Part shown: positions 1 to 10,719 of the stretch, one piece after another
Layout: each line of letters begins with the position of its first letter
Position numbering within the stretch: position 1 is the first letter of the stretch
Assembly (NCBI GenBank): GCA_902763185.1
Contig: CACWQT010000009.1
Location: 442 to 64,441, forward strand
DNA: 64,000 nt
Direction: 5' to 3'
Source: an uncultured Rhodospirillales bacterium
Lineage (GTDB): Bacteria > Pseudomonadota > Alphaproteobacteria > RF32 > CAG-239
Made by a program: the position numbers and the translations under genes
Notes under the pieces: generated by a model
Seen by the model: the letters and a program-made list of their open reading frames with translations, nothing else
Database searches by the model: none
What the model was told of the DNA's origin: nothing

Positions 1-555
1 GCCAAGCTTGAAAAAGAGTATCCGTTTATGAAGAACATCTTTATTAAAGGGGCTAAACTGGAATTACCCAAAAAATTTCAAAGAAAACGCATTATGACTT
101 TCCGTATTGATAACGACGACGGTATGCCGGAGGACTTTATCGCTAAGCTTAAAGAGATTTATGACAGCAAAAATCCGTATTATAATGATGTGGCGTTTTC
201 AATACCTAAAATGCGTAAGCTCGCTCACATCGGTGAAGATGAGTTTCAAACCAATGATTCGCTGTTTATCTCGAATTCTATGGGCTTGGCTTATTTCTCT
301 ACCGAGGGTAAAAATGTGATGGATTGCGGAAACCACCGCCTTGTGCCATATCACTACCGCATGATGTGCATTGATGGCATGGGCGGTTTGCAGATTATCA
401 ACGGCACGAATGTCGCCAACAACTTCCGCAAGCCGCACTACAAGCAAACTGAGCCGTCGTATTACACGACAAATCAAATGTGCGAACTACTGAAATCCGA
501 GGGCTATCCGGAATTAGATATTCAAGATATTCCTATTCTGCCTGAACCGTGCTGA
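1..555 (+). CDS. Putative rhamnosyltransferase/GT-A family protein, 5'-truncated by the window edge
   Basis: Frame is open from base 1 (AKLEKEYPF-MKN...). TFRIDNDDG...DFI and C-terminal IINGTNVAN resemble the Rhamno_transf-type RxDxDD and HGxN motifs. Confidence 0.5.
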   Translation, partial: AKLEKEYPFMKNIFIKGAKLELPKKFQRKRIMTFRIDNDDGMPEDFIAKLKEIYDSKNPYYNDVAFSIPKMRKLAHIGEDEFQTNDSLFISNSMGLAYFSTEGKNVMDCGNHRLVPYHYRMMCIDGMGGLQIINGTNVANNFRKPHYKQTEPSYYTTNQMCELLKSEGYPELDIQDIPILPEPC

Positions 556-889
556 TAAAAGCATAATATATTAACAAAATTCCTCAAGCTCGCTCGGGAG
601 ATTTTTTCTTTTATATGCTGAAATGCGCGTATTAGCTAAGCAAGAATGTAATCTTTGAGAAAATGTCGGGGTATTCGCTTTTTACAAATTTTGCCGTTAC
701 GAATAGTTTTTTCTTGCTTTTTGTGGAAATTTGTTTAGTATCTTGCTTGCAAATCACATTATGAAGATATAATTAGAAATTGGTTCTTTGTTTTAAGCAA
801 AGAATACATATATCAGTAATCATTTAATTTAACTTTTAATGCAAGCCGGAGAGAACCTCTGCTCGTTAAAGTCGAGAAACAACTGCATT

Positions 890-1552
890 ATGAGACGTAA
901 AATTGTTGACATCTACAAAGCGTTACGCCATTTCAACGTAACGGCTGAGGAAGTGCGAGACATTGCCGAAGGCTATCGCTACTGGATTGCCAATCCTTTC
1001 GAGAGCCAGCCGCCTTTCAACACAGTCTACTTATTGGATGGCAAGATGTATTCTTTACCGTATCCTGACGGTCTCTTAAAAGATCAATTTGTCGGCATCG
1101 AGATTGGATGCATTGTCTATCTGAATCAATACATCTGCGGTGTTACGCAAGATGTATTGGGAACGAGTACCGCCACTATCAAAAATCGTCTTGCCAAGAA
1201 GTTTGAAGCGCTCAACCAATTTAAGTTGAGATTGCCAACTCGCTATGAAGCCAAAGTTTTGGCAGAAAAGACGGAAGGTAACACGAAATTGGTTGGGATT
1301 GTTTTCAACAAGTATGGCAATGTATGGATTACGCCTAATCCTGACCATCCGGAAAGGAGTTTTGCAACAGTCAGAGAACGTGGTGCCCGTCCGCATAAGC
1401 CGTCTGAGAATACACGGGCAACCTTGTATCTGGTGACCGATCCTGATGATGAGCAAATCTTCTATGGCGAAGTTAATGAGTATGGCGTTCCGACACCGGA
1501 GACTCAGGATGTTTATACCAAACTTGGTTGGTCAAACATTAAAACGTTATAG
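890..1552 (+). CDS. Hypothetical protein with a possible divergent DUF1566/Lcl-like RLPT motif
   Basis: Long ORF (track 839..1552), likely ATG at 890. Contains LRLPTRYE and a later W. Confidence 0.6.
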   Translation: MRRKIVDIYKALRHFNVTAEEVRDIAEGYRYWIANPFESQPPFNTVYLLDGKMYSLPYPDGLLKDQFVGIEIGCIVYLNQYICGVTQDVLGTSTATIKNRLAKKFEALNQFKLRLPTRYEAKVLAEKTEGNTKLVGIVFNKYGNVWITPNPDHPERSFATVRERGARPHKPSENTRATLYLVTDPDDEQIFYGEVNEYGVPTPETQDVYTKLGWSNIKTL

Positions 1553-1554
1553 CT

Positions 1555-2088
1555 ATGGGAAAGATTAAAAATTTCTTCAGTAAGTGGTTTGATGAAGAAG
1601 TTGGGTTGTGTATTCTCCTCTTTCTTGTTATCGCCGCGGTCATAATCGGCGTTGAGAGCTTGCTCTTTTGGATTGGCGGATTGTTCCCGTCAGTTCCGAA
1701 CTTAGGTCTTACGATTGATGCCGTTCTCTTTATGTTACTTGTTTTACCCGCTTTTATCGGGGCAGGATTGACTAATCATAGGGGAAATGGCAACATCCTT
1801 GTGGGATTGCTGGCAATCATGGGAATTTATATTTCCGTAGTCTGGTATTTCCACGCAGGCATCTTGGTCGGATGTATTGTTCTGCTTTATTTAGCTATCT
1901 GGCGGTTGCACAAAAGCGGTGCTGACACGTTGTGGCTTGGTTGCGGAGCATACAGCTATGTGTGCTATGGTATCGGTGCATACTGTGCGATGATTTTCAA
2001 CGGGTTTGAGCCGGCGATTAACATCTCAGGTATCGTTACACTCTCGGTTGCGGCAATATGTATCTTGTTTATACCTGCGAGTGAATGA
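1555..2088 (+). CDS. Hypothetical integral membrane protein (about 6 TM)
   Basis: 177 aa with repeated hydrophobic segments, starting 2 bp after the upstream stop. Confidence 0.7.
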   Translation: MGKIKNFFSKWFDEEVGLCILLFLVIAAVIIGVESLLFWIGGLFPSVPNLGLTIDAVLFMLLVLPAFIGAGLTNHRGNGNILVGLLAIMGIYISVVWYFHAGILVGCIVLLYLAIWRLHKSGADTLWLGCGAYSYVCYGIGAYCAMIFNGFEPAINISGIVTLSVAAICILFIPASE

Positions 2089-2105
2089 ACGTTAAACATT
2101 AAAAC

Positions 2106-2195
2106 ATGGACACAGTAGTAATTATTCTTATTATAGTACTTGCTATTTTTGCTATAGCGCTTATGGCGCGATGGATGGCCTACAAGCTTCCATAA
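2106..2195 (+). CDS. Small single-TM peptide (29 aa, MDTVVIILIIVLAIFAIALMARWMAYKLP)
   Basis: Translated by hand. Hydrophobic, and preceded by the same AAACATTAAAAC motif as the 1555 gene. Confidence 0.45.
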   Translation: MDTVVIILIIVLAIFAIALMARWMAYKLP

Positions 2196-2232
2196 CGGCT
2201 GATGCTTTTGATTACGATGTATAAACTTTAAG

Positions 2233-2271
2233 AAAATCCGCTTGGGGCTAACAACCTCAAGCGGATTTTTT
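2233..2271. terminator. Intrinsic (bidirectional) terminator
   Basis: AAAATCCGCTTGGGG-loop-CCTCAAGCGGATTTTTT. Confidence 0.75.
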
Positions 2272-2337
2272 AACGAAAATTTATTTTTTAATGCTGCATA
2301 ATCACCAATGTAATCAGGACTATTTTATGGTGAACTA

Positions 2338-2724
2338 ATGGAGACAAGAAAATTTATTGCAGCGGAGAAAAAGCGTTCAGGAAAGTGTAATTGTGCGCAA
2401 GCGGTGACTACAACATATTGTGATAAGTGCGGTATTGATGAAAAGCAAGCGATGAATATCGGCCATGCATTTGCTGTCGGTATGGGTAATATGGAAGGAA
2501 CTTGCGGAGCAATTGTCGGTGCCGGAGTGGTCTTAGGATTGGTTGAAAAGGATAAAATCAAATCGCAAAAAGGTATGCGGCAAATTATGGAAAAATTTCA
2601 AACCAGAAATTGTGCAACACAGTGTAAATTGTTGAAAGGTATCGGGACAGGATGTGTGCTGAGAGAATGTCCGGATTGTGTGGCAGATGCATGTGAATTT
2701 TTAGAAGAATTGATTGATGATTAA
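2338..2724 (+). CDS. C_GCAxxG_C_C family putative redox protein
   Basis: NCAQAV, GTCGAIVGA and C-terminal Cys motifs. Confidence 0.85.
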   Translation: METRKFIAAEKKRSGKCNCAQAVTTTYCDKCGIDEKQAMNIGHAFAVGMGNMEGTCGAIVGAGVVLGLVEKDKIKSQKGMRQIMEKFQTRNCATQCKLLKGIGTGCVLRECPDCVADACEFLEELIDD

Positions 2725-2800
2725 AAGTTAATGCTATTTTAAGAGAATCGGATATATCCTACAGCAATGTTTAGGATAAAAATATAAAAAGGAGTGAGAT

Positions 2801-3565
2801 ATGGCTGATACATATACAATCAATGGCAAAAAATATACAGTAGAAGTCAAAGGCGACAGAACATCTACCACGCAGACCTTAGTCATTAACGGGCAAGAAA
2901 TTAAATTGGCACCTGCTAAAGACAGAAACGGTAAATCGTCAATGAATATGCAAATTCCAATGCCGAACAAGGAAGAATATAATGGTCCTTATATGGATGA
3001 AATTTATGCGGTAATGGCTGAGCGTAAAGCTAGGGGCGTTGCAACCAGAGCTGAGGAGTTGGCTGTTTATCAGCAAGATTATAATAATATGTTGAAAGCA
3101 GAATTTTTGGCGCGTGGCGAATCTGAACTAGATGCCGAGCAACAAAAACTTACGTTAACGGCAAAACAGCTTGAAGGTAAGGAAGCACTCCCTGATCTTA
3201 AAAAGAGATTTCCTTGGGCTTATGTTGGAAAAATGAGTGTCGCAAAAGATACAGCAGCTCAGTTGTGGGATAAAGAAGCCAGATTTCGGATGGAATGCCG
3301 TCGTCAATTGATTGAAGTTAAAAAGGACACAATGTTTGATGATATGCGTCGTATCGGCAATAAGAATGTTATTGTGGATCAGTTAGCGTTGCAAAGAAAG
3401 GCTTCCGATGCAAGAGGGAAAATCGGTGGTGAAATCGTTTTGGATAAAGATACAGAGCGTTTGATTGTTGCGGCAGAAAAGAAAAAGACGAAATCCAAGG
3501 CTGCGCCGAAACGCACCAAGCAAACCGAAATGCCGGATATGTCCGCAAATTATGATCGTGCATAA
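2801..3565 (+). CDS. Hypothetical protein
   Basis: 254 aa ORF with AAGGAG RBS and a downstream terminator. Confidence 0.75.
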   Translation: MADTYTINGKKYTVEVKGDRTSTTQTLVINGQEIKLAPAKDRNGKSSMNMQIPMPNKEEYNGPYMDEIYAVMAERKARGVATRAEELAVYQQDYNNMLKAEFLARGESELDAEQQKLTLTAKQLEGKEALPDLKKRFPWAYVGKMSVAKDTAAQLWDKEARFRMECRRQLIEVKKDTMFDDMRRIGNKNVIVDQLALQRKASDARGKIGGEIVLDKDTERLIVAAEKKKTKSKAAPKRTKQTEMPDMSANYDRA

Positions 3566-3590
3566 TTAAAGATAGTGTTGGCGCGATGAG

Positions 3591-3626
3591 AATCCTTGAG
3601 ACTTGTAAGTTTCAGGGATTTTTTTT
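3591..3626. terminator. Intrinsic terminator between convergent genes
   Basis: AATCCTTGAGACTT/AAGTTTCAGGGATT hairpin followed by a T-run. Confidence 0.7.
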
Positions 3627-4062
3627 ATAACTCTTTTACCATGCGGATAAAGTTAACGCCTTTTTCTTCAAACAAATCACTGTCTTGGGAGAATCCGAGT
3701 TTTTCATAAAATCCGACAACAGAGAGCATCGCGTGCATAACGATACGCGAGTAACCGATTTTTTTAGCCACAGATTCGGCATATTCTATCAACTTTTTAC
3801 CGATACCTTCGCCTTGGTGCACGACGTCTACGGCAACTTGCATGACGCGAATTTCTTCATCATCAATCGGGGCTAGAATCAGACCGCCGATAAGTTCACC
3901 GGTGCTGTTATCTATACAACCGATATGCAAGAAATTTGCTTCTTCTTCACGATACGAATCTAAGAACTTTAATCCTAAAGGCTGTAATAAAATCTTATAG
4001 CGCAAATCTAACAGCTCTTTATAGCGACTTGAGCCAAATTCTACATCAATACACTTAATCAT
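3625..4062 (-). CDS. GNAT family N-acetyltransferase (YjcF/ElaA-like)
   Basis: QVAV..HQGEGIGKKL acetyl-CoA motif and FYEKLGF. Start placed at MIKCIDV behind a GGAGG RBS. Confidence 0.88.
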   Translation of the reverse strand: MIKCIDVEFGSSRYKELLDLRYKILLQPLGLKFLDSYREEEANFLHIGCIDNSTGELIGGLILAPIDDEEIRVMQVAVDVVHQGEGIGKKLIEYAESVAKKIGYSRIVMHAMLSVVGFYEKLGFSQDSDLFEEKGVNFIRMVKEL

Positions 4063-4212
4063 AACAGCCTCCCAATTAAAGCAAAATAATTTTATGTTAT
4101 ACATTAAAGCATATTTTTGAGAGAGTTGCAATAGTAAAGTGTAAAATCTGTTGCGTTGTTCTAAAATATGCTTTATGAGTGTAGCTATATTTAATGTATC
4201 AGGAAGAAATTA

Positions 4213-6015
4213 ATGCAAGATTTAGCAAAAATCAGAAACTTTGCCATTATTGCGCATATTGACCATGGAAAGTCAACCATTGCGGATAGAATTATTGAGC
4301 GGTGCGGCGGTTTGGAGAGCCGAGAGATGACCGAGCAGGTGCTTGATTCTATGGATATTGAACGCGAACGTGGAATTACGATTAAAGCGCAGACGGTTAG
4401 GCTTAAATATAAAGCAAAAAACGGGGAAGATTATTTGCTTAACTTGATTGATACACCGGGACACGTGGATTTTTCATACGAAGTGTCGCGGTCTTTGGCC
4501 GCTTGCGAAGGCTCGGTTTTGGTGGTAGATGCAACGCAAGGGGTAGAGGCGCAGACGCTTGCTAATGTGTATTTGGCAATAGATAACGACCATGAAATCG
4601 TGCCGGCACTTAATAAAGTTGATTTGCCATCAGCAGATGTGGAAAAAGTTAAGCAACAGATAGAAGATGTTATCGGAATCGATGCAAGTGAGGCGGTTGA
4701 AACTTCCGGCAAAACGGGGTTTGGTATTGATAATTTATTAGAGGCGATTGTTCATAAATTGCCGGCACCACAAGGAGATAAAGACGCACCGCTTAAAGCT
4801 TTGTTGATTGACAGTTGGTATGACTCGTATCTTGGAGTAGTGATATTGCTTCGGATAAAAGACGGGAGTTTAAGGAAAAAGCAGGTCATCCGGATGATGA
4901 GCAATAATGCAACGTATTCTATTGATAAGATTGGTGTGTTCACGCCCAAAATGCAAGATGTGGAAGAACTCTCTGCCGGTGAGGTCGGGTTTATTACCGC
5001 CAGTATTAAAAGTGTGGGGGATTGCCAAATCGGTGATACGATTACGGATAATAAGAGACCTTGTGATAAGCCACTTGCTGGATTTAAGCCTTCGGTGCCG
5101 GTGGTGTTCTGTTCTATCTTTCCGGTGGACAGCAGTCAATATGAAGCGCTTAAGGATGCGCTTGCCAAATTAAAACTGAATGATGCGAGTATTGATTATC
5201 AAAATGAAAATTCGGCGGCTTTGGGATTGGGATTCCGTTGCGGTTTCTTAGGATTGTTACATATGGAGATTATCCAAGAACGAATCGGTCGTGAATTTGA
5301 TTTGGATATTATAACCACAGCGCCCTCGGTTGCTTATAAAATCAATATGACAAACGGCACGGTGATAACGCTTCATAATCCGGCGGATATGCCTGATTTG
5401 TCAACGGTATCTTCAATTGAAGAACCAATGGTCAGAGCTACAATATTAGTGCCGGATAATTATTTGGGTGCGGTGTTAAAACTCTGCACGGAGCGTCGCG
5501 GTGTGCAGAAGGAATTAACTTATGTCGGGTCTCGGGCAATGGTGGTTTATCAGATACCGCTTAATGAAATCGTATTTGATTTTTATGACAGGCTTAAGTC
5601 TATTACCAGCGGATATGCCAGTTTTGATTATGAATTGACGGATTATGAGGTGTCTGATTTGGTTAAGGTTCAGATACTTATTAATGAAGAGCCGGTGGAT
5701 GCGCTAGCTTTCTTGTGTCACAGAAGCGAGGCCGAATCGCGCGGACGACAGATTTGCGAGCGGTTAAAAGATTTGATACCGAGGCATTTGTTTAAGATAC
5801 CGATACAAGCGGCAATCGGTGGCAGAGTGGTCGCGCGTGAAACGATTTCTGCGATGCGTAAAGATGTGACGGCAAAGTGTTATGGCGGTGATGTGACGCG
5901 TAAACGGAAGCTTTTGGATAAGCAGAAAAAAGGTAAGCAACGGATGCGCCAATTCGGCAAAGTGGAAGTGCCGCAATCGGCGTTTATTGAAGCGCTTAGA
6001 ATCGGTGATGACTAA
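4213..6015 (+). CDS. lepA: Elongation factor 4
   Basis: [38 protein letters not shown]. Confidence 0.98.
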   Translation: MQDLAKIRNFAIIAHIDHGKSTIADRIIERCGGLESREMTEQVLDSMDIERERGITIKAQTVRLKYKAKNGEDYLLNLIDTPGHVDFSYEVSRSLAACEGSVLVVDATQGVEAQTLANVYLAIDNDHEIVPALNKVDLPSADVEKVKQQIEDVIGIDASEAVETSGKTGFGIDNLLEAIVHKLPAPQGDKDAPLKALLIDSWYDSYLGVVILLRIKDGSLRKKQVIRMMSNNATYSIDKIGVFTPKMQDVEELSAGEVGFITASIKSVGDCQIGDTITDNKRPCDKPLAGFKPSVPVVFCSIFPVDSSQYEALKDALAKLKLNDASIDYQNENSAALGLGFRCGFLGLLHMEIIQERIGREFDLDIITTAPSVAYKINMTNGTVITLHNPADMPDLSTVSSIEEPMVRATILVPDNYLGAVLKLCTERRGVQKELTYVGSRAMVVYQIPLNEIVFDFYDRLKSITSGYASFDYELTDYEVSDLVKVQILINEEPVDALAFLCHRSEAESRGRQICERLKDLIPRHLFKIPIQAAIGGRVVARETISAMRKDVTAKCYGGDVTRKRKLLDKQKKGKQRMRQFGKVEVPQSAFIEALRIGDD

Positions 6016-6752
6016 TCCGCAGCTTCAACTTTAAATCGTTTAATTGAAGTGGCCTTAGCTAGAATTTTATCTTGTTCATAGTCGTTAGGCATTGTTTTTT
6101 GGCGATATAAGGTGCGCAAGGCAATGCCATATTTTCCAAAAGCTTGTTTGAATTTTGGTTCATCAGAATTTGGGTAAGGGATTTCCGAAAGCATAGCGTT
6201 GATTGTTTTTTCTTTTTTTTGTTCTGCTTCATCTGAAAAGGCCGGGGCGATAACAAAATCATCGTCATCATCAATATTATATTGTGCGGCTTTTTCTTTT
6301 ATCCGGTTTAGTTCTTCTTCTGAAAGTTGCGGTGTTGTAGGTGTTTCAACGACAGGTGCAAGGGGAGTGTCAGTTGTTTCTGCTGTATTGATGATAGGCG
6401 AGTCCTCTTTTATGGTATTGGCTTGTTGTTTTGTCGCGATTGTGGTTTTCTTATCTTTAATTTGAGGCACTGGTTTAGCGTCAGCTATTTCTTTTAGTGG
6501 TTTCTTAGTGACAGGACGCGTAAGTTTCTCTGTAGCTTTAATTTTATTTTTTGAGGGTGGAGTTTGGGTATTATTGACACGTGTTTTTTTATAGCGAGGC
6601 TGTATGGAATCCAAGTTGTTTATAGCGGTGTTTTCTTGGTAGGCGCTACCAGGAACAAAAAAAGCATATTGCCTTTCAATGTTATCAGCAGATGATTGAT
6701 GATATATAAAAAAACTGGACAAGACCAGACAGATGATGTAAAAATATCGCAT
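6012..6752 (-). CDS. Hypothetical exported protein
   Basis: N-terminal signal-like segment and a low-complexity K/T/P-rich middle. Confidence 0.7.
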   Translation of the reverse strand: MRYFYIICLVLSSFFIYHQSSADNIERQYAFFVPGSAYQENTAINNLDSIQPRYKKTRVNNTQTPPSKNKIKATEKLTRPVTKKPLKEIADAKPVPQIKDKKTTIATKQQANTIKEDSPIINTAETTDTPLAPVVETPTTPQLSEEELNRIKEKAAQYNIDDDDDFVIAPAFSDEAEQKKEKTINAMLSEIPYPNSDEPKFKQAFGKYGIALRTLYRQKTMPNDYEQDKILAKATSIKRFKVEAAD

Positions 6753-6794
6753 AAACGTCTCCTATGGTGACATCGGTTTTGGGAGTTATTATAA

Positions 6795-7529
6795 ATGAGA
6801 AAAGTTTTTTTTGCATTAATTTTTGTTTTCTTTATGCAATGCAGTAGCGCAAAGGCGGATGATTTGAGCACATATCGTCAAGAGTGTTTAGACTTTATCT
6901 CGCGTCCTAAAGTTGAGGTTTTCGGTTCCTATGGGAATTTGCGGTATAATTATGATAAGGACTCCACTTATTTAACGCAAGAACAAGAAAAAAAGATCAA
7001 AGCATATTCCTCTGAAGATGCACAAATAGAGCTGAAGGTTCTCGGGTTAACTAAGATGCAGGACACGGTTGATTTTAAGGCTGAATTTACACAATTAGCA
7101 TTAAATAAAGGATATGTTTGCCTTTATCCGGAGAGTATTCAAGTCAGTATAGATTATTATTTACCGACAATTTATATTGCCAGTGAGCTAGAAAAAGGAA
7201 CATGTCTTTATGATGTTACACTTCGCCATGAGCGGACACATGCACAAATATATATAGAAGCGCTGGATTACTTTTTGCCACGGTTAAAAAAATATGCTGA
7301 TGCATTGTTTGATAATATCGGTGTTAAAGTTATCACTAAGGGAGAATCGGTTGATAATGCTATGGCTGATTTGAGTAAGTCATATCATGATGCGGTGCAA
7401 AAAAGAATTGATGCTTGGTATAAAGCAGTTGAAAAAGAGCAGCTAAAGATGGATACGATTGACCAGTATAAACTTGAAAGTCGCATTTGTCAGGAAATTG
7501 AAGCAGCAGAAAACGCTGAAGAATTTTAG
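6795..7529 (+). CDS. Hypothetical secreted protein with HExxH motif (possible Zn peptidase-like)
   Basis: Signal peptide ending AKA and LRHERTH. Confidence 0.65.
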   Translation: MRKVFFALIFVFFMQCSSAKADDLSTYRQECLDFISRPKVEVFGSYGNLRYNYDKDSTYLTQEQEKKIKAYSSEDAQIELKVLGLTKMQDTVDFKAEFTQLALNKGYVCLYPESIQVSIDYYLPTIYIASELEKGTCLYDVTLRHERTHAQIYIEALDYFLPRLKKYADALFDNIGVKVITKGESVDNAMADLSKSYHDAVQKRIDAWYKAVEKEQLKMDTIDQYKLESRICQEIEAAENAEEF

Positions 7530-8212
7530 CAATTAAAATCTTCTTTTAAGCCCATAATACACTCTTCTATCCCTTTATAGGCGCTATCTATAAAATCCAT
7601 GTCTTTGGCTGAGTTGTTTTTGTAATAAATGCGAACGGTAGTCATACCGATTTTTTTAGCATATTCTAAATTGGAATAGCTGTCGTCAACAAAAATACAA
7701 TCTTGCGGAGTTAATCCTATTTTTTTACAAAGTTTGGCATAGACATCGGAGCTTTCATTCTTTTTATATACGTCAAAATCCTCTACAGAATAGAACCTGT
7801 CTTTAAAAAATTCGTAAATGCCGATGTGTTTTAAGATTTGTTCGCAAATATCGCGTGAAGATGTTGAAAATACATATTGCGGGCAATTAATACTCTTTAA
7901 TTTGTTTAGGAGGTTATCGTAAGGTTTAATCATAGAAATTAAGCTACTCTTATAATTATGGTAGGATTTGTATAAATCTTTGTGCGGAATTCCGTATTCT
8001 TTGGCAAAAATTTCCAGTCCGTCACGATAAATCTCATACGACTCTTTTACTTTTTGGGTCGCGGAATCAAAGTCCAGCGGTAAATTAAATTCTTTTATGG
8101 CGGCAAAGGCGGTTGCCTCATTTAATTTGTTTTTATAATCTTGTGTTTCAAAATATAGGGTATTGTCTAAATCCCATATAATACTTTTTGCCAATTTATT
8201 TCTCCATATCAT
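7526..8212 (-). CDS. HAD family hydrolase (pyrimidine 5'-nucleotidase-like)
   Basis: IIWDLDNTLY motif I and IFVDDSYSNL motif IV. Confidence 0.88.
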   Translation of the reverse strand: MIWRNKLAKSIIWDLDNTLYFETQDYKNKLNEATAFAAIKEFNLPLDFDSATQKVKESYEIYRDGLEIFAKEYGIPHKDLYKSYHNYKSSLISMIKPYDNLLNKLKSINCPQYVFSTSSRDICEQILKHIGIYEFFKDRFYSVEDFDVYKKNESSDVYAKLCKKIGLTPQDCIFVDDSYSNLEYAKKIGMTTVRIYYKNNSAKDMDFIDSAYKGIEECIMGLKEDFNC

Positions 8213-8475
8213 TTATTCGCGAGGTATCATAAAGTGATATAATGAGAAGGTCAATATTTATGTCAAAAAAAGTCGAATTCTTTTTATTTTAAAAGTTGTG
8301 AGTAAAAGTAAATTAAATTTTGCCCCCCCTTTATGGGCTATTTAAAAAATTTTTTTTGTTTTATTTTTAGAGGGATATGTTTTTTATGTGCAAAAATCAG
8401 GGGAGGTGACTTGTAAAAATTAAGTAAAAATTTTAAGGTATTTTTCAGTCGGATGGTTGAGGCAAAAAAAATTTT

Positions 8476-8524
8476 TCACAATATCTTGTATGTCTTTACC
8501 ATTTTTTAACACAATATCTTGTAT
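8476..8524 (+). promoter_or_regulatory. Tandem NrdR boxes
   Basis: CACAATATCTTGTAT at 8477-8491 and 8510-8524 (33 bp apart), directly upstream of nrdD. Matches the NrdR consensus acaCwAtATaTwGtg. Confidence 0.85.
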
Positions 8525-8631
8525 TGTGCGACTCACAGCGAAAAACTTGGTCAAACAAAAATGATACGGTTGAACGATTAAAAAAAGAAGGGTTGGGCAA
8601 CCGAAAAATGAGAAGAAGGGAAGAATAAAAA

Positions 8632-10692
8632 ATGGCAAATAATGAGTTGCAAATGCCGATGGGAAAAAAATATAAAATGCCGTTTAAGAGCATCACAAAA
8701 AGAGATGGAACATTAGCGGATTTTGACAGTGAGAAAATATATAATGCCATTTCACGCGCAGGTGAGAGCACAGCAGAATTTGATGCAAATGACGCATGGC
8801 TTTTGACAGCTCAGGTGATGAAAATTTTATCACATAAATTTGACGAATCCTTACCTTCGGTTGAAGATATCCAAGATGTTGTAGAGCAAGTTTTAATTTC
8901 TGAAAACTATTTCCAAACCGCAAAGGCTTATATTTTGTATCGTGATAAGCGTAACAGAATGCGTGGTGATGGTAAGACCGTTATTGATGTTGAAAGCTCG
9001 GTTAACGAGTATTTGGAGAATTTGGACTGGCGTATTAAGGAAAATGCCAACCAAGGTTATTCTAACGGCGGTTTGATTCTTAATGTTGCCGGCAAGGTTA
9101 CGGCTAACTACTGGCTTTCTCACGTTTATCCGGCAGAAGTTGGTGAAGCACATAGAAACGGTGATATTCATATTCATGATTTGAGTATGTTAGCTGCATA
9201 TTGTGCCGGTTGGTCTTTAAAGAATCTGTTGCGTGAAGGTTTTAACGGTGTTCCGGGGAAAGTTGAAGCAGGTGCACCGAAGCATTTAAGTTCTGCTGTT
9301 GGGCAAATGGTTAACTTTATGGGGACACTTCAAAATGAGTGGGCCGGTGCGCAGGCCTTTTCTTCGGTTGATACCTATTTAGCTCCGTATATTCGTAAAG
9401 ATCATTTGACATACGAGCAAGTTGAACAAAGTATGCAAGAGTTAATTTATAACTTAAATGTTCCTTCTCGTTGGGGGTCTCAGACGCCGTTTACAAACTT
9501 TACGTTTGACTGGGTATGTCCGGAAGATTTACGTGAGCAAAAGCCGATTATCGGTGGTGTTGAACAAGATTTCACCTATGGCGATTTAGGAGAAGAGATG
9601 GCAATGATTAACAAAGCTTACATCAATGTTATGATGGGTGGCGATGTTAAAGGGCGTCCGTTTACTTTCCCAATTCCGACATATAATATGACATGGGATT
9701 TTCCGTGGGAAGATAAAAATACGGAATTACTGTTTGAAATGACAGCAAAATACGGTTTACCTTATTTCCAGAATTTCTTGAATTCTTCATTGAAACCAGG
9801 GCAAATCCGCTCAATGTGTTGTCGTTTGCAACTTGATTTAAGAGAGCTGTTAGCTCGTGGTAATGGTCTTTTCGGTTCAGCTGAGCAAACCGGTTCGGTT
9901 GGTGTTGTGACCATTAACTGCGCACGTTTAGGTTATGTTTATAAAGGCGATGAAGCTGGATTGTTTGCCAGAGTTGATGAACTAATGAATATTTCAAGGA
10001 CTTCGCTTGAAATTAAGAGAAAAGTTATTCAGCGCCTGATAGATAACGGTTTGTTCCCGTTCACAAAGAGATATTTGGGAACTTTAAGAAACCATTTTTC
10101 GACCATTGGTGTTAATGGTATGAATGAGATGATTAGAAACTTCACTAACGATGAGCACAATATCGCGGATGCATGGGGACAGGCATTTGCCGAAAAATTC
10201 TTAGACTTTGTGCGGGATCGTTTGGTTAAGTTTCAAGAAGAAACTGGACATATGTATAATTTAGAGGCGACTCCGGCAGAAGGTGCAACAACTCGTTTTG
10301 CCAGAGAAGATAAAAAGCGCTATATGGGGATTATCCAAGCAGGAACTCCGGATGCGCCGTTCTATACAAACTCTTCTCAGTTGCCGGTTGGTTATACAGA
10401 TGATCCGTTTGAAGCTTTAGATTTGCAAGCAAAATTGCAATCTAAATATACGGGCGGTACGGTGCTTCACTTGTTTATGAATCAACGTATTTCGTCTGCA
10501 AAGGTTTGCCGTGATTTCGTTAAGAAGGTATTAGCTAATTACCGTCTGCCGTATATCACGATTACGCCGACATTTTCCGTATGTCCTAAACACGGATATA
10601 TTGCCGGTGAGCATGAATTCTGCCCGATTTGCGATAGAGAAAAGAAAGCGGAGAAGGCGAAAAATCTTGCAAAAATGCAAAAAGTGGTGTAA
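8632..10692 (+). CDS. nrdD: Anaerobic (class III) ribonucleoside-triphosphate reductase with ATP cone, lacking the C-terminal glycyl-radical segment
   Basis: ATP cone (ITKRDG), HIHDL, SMCCRL, ATPAEG and CPKHGY..CPIC zinc site. No RxxGY motif. Confidence 0.95.
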   Translation: MANNELQMPMGKKYKMPFKSITKRDGTLADFDSEKIYNAISRAGESTAEFDANDAWLLTAQVMKILSHKFDESLPSVEDIQDVVEQVLISENYFQTAKAYILYRDKRNRMRGDGKTVIDVESSVNEYLENLDWRIKENANQGYSNGGLILNVAGKVTANYWLSHVYPAEVGEAHRNGDIHIHDLSMLAAYCAGWSLKNLLREGFNGVPGKVEAGAPKHLSSAVGQMVNFMGTLQNEWAGAQAFSSVDTYLAPYIRKDHLTYEQVEQSMQELIYNLNVPSRWGSQTPFTNFTFDWVCPEDLREQKPIIGGVEQDFTYGDLGEEMAMINKAYINVMMGGDVKGRPFTFPIPTYNMTWDFPWEDKNTELLFEMTAKYGLPYFQNFLNSSLKPGQIRSMCCRLQLDLRELLARGNGLFGSAEQTGSVGVVTINCARLGYVYKGDEAGLFARVDELMNISRTSLEIKRKVIQRLIDNGLFPFTKRYLGTLRNHFSTIGVNGMNEMIRNFTNDEHNIADAWGQAFAEKFLDFVRDRLVKFQEETGHMYNLEATPAEGATTRFAREDKKRYMGIIQAGTPDAPFYTNSSQLPVGYTDDPFEALDLQAKLQSKYTGGTVLHLFMNQRISSAKVCRDFVKKVLANYRLPYITITPTFSVCPKHGYIAGEHEFCPICDREKKAEKAKNLAKMQKVV

Positions 10693-10719
10693 TATATTAT
10701 AACTGTGAAAGGGAGAACA

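Noticed and set aside
808-820. 13-mer ATATATCAGTAAT shared with 29683-29695 upstream of two orphan genes
   Set aside because: It is AT-rich and in opposite orientation relative to the two genes, so chance is likely.
6012-6015. 4-bp overlaps of convergent stop codons (also 7526-7529 and 37984-37987)
   Set aside because: This is a common result of genome compaction.
8213-8631. Replication origin in the long AT-rich intergenic region
   Set aside because: No DnaA boxes (TTATCCACA) were seen. The region is explained by divergent promoters and NrdR boxes.
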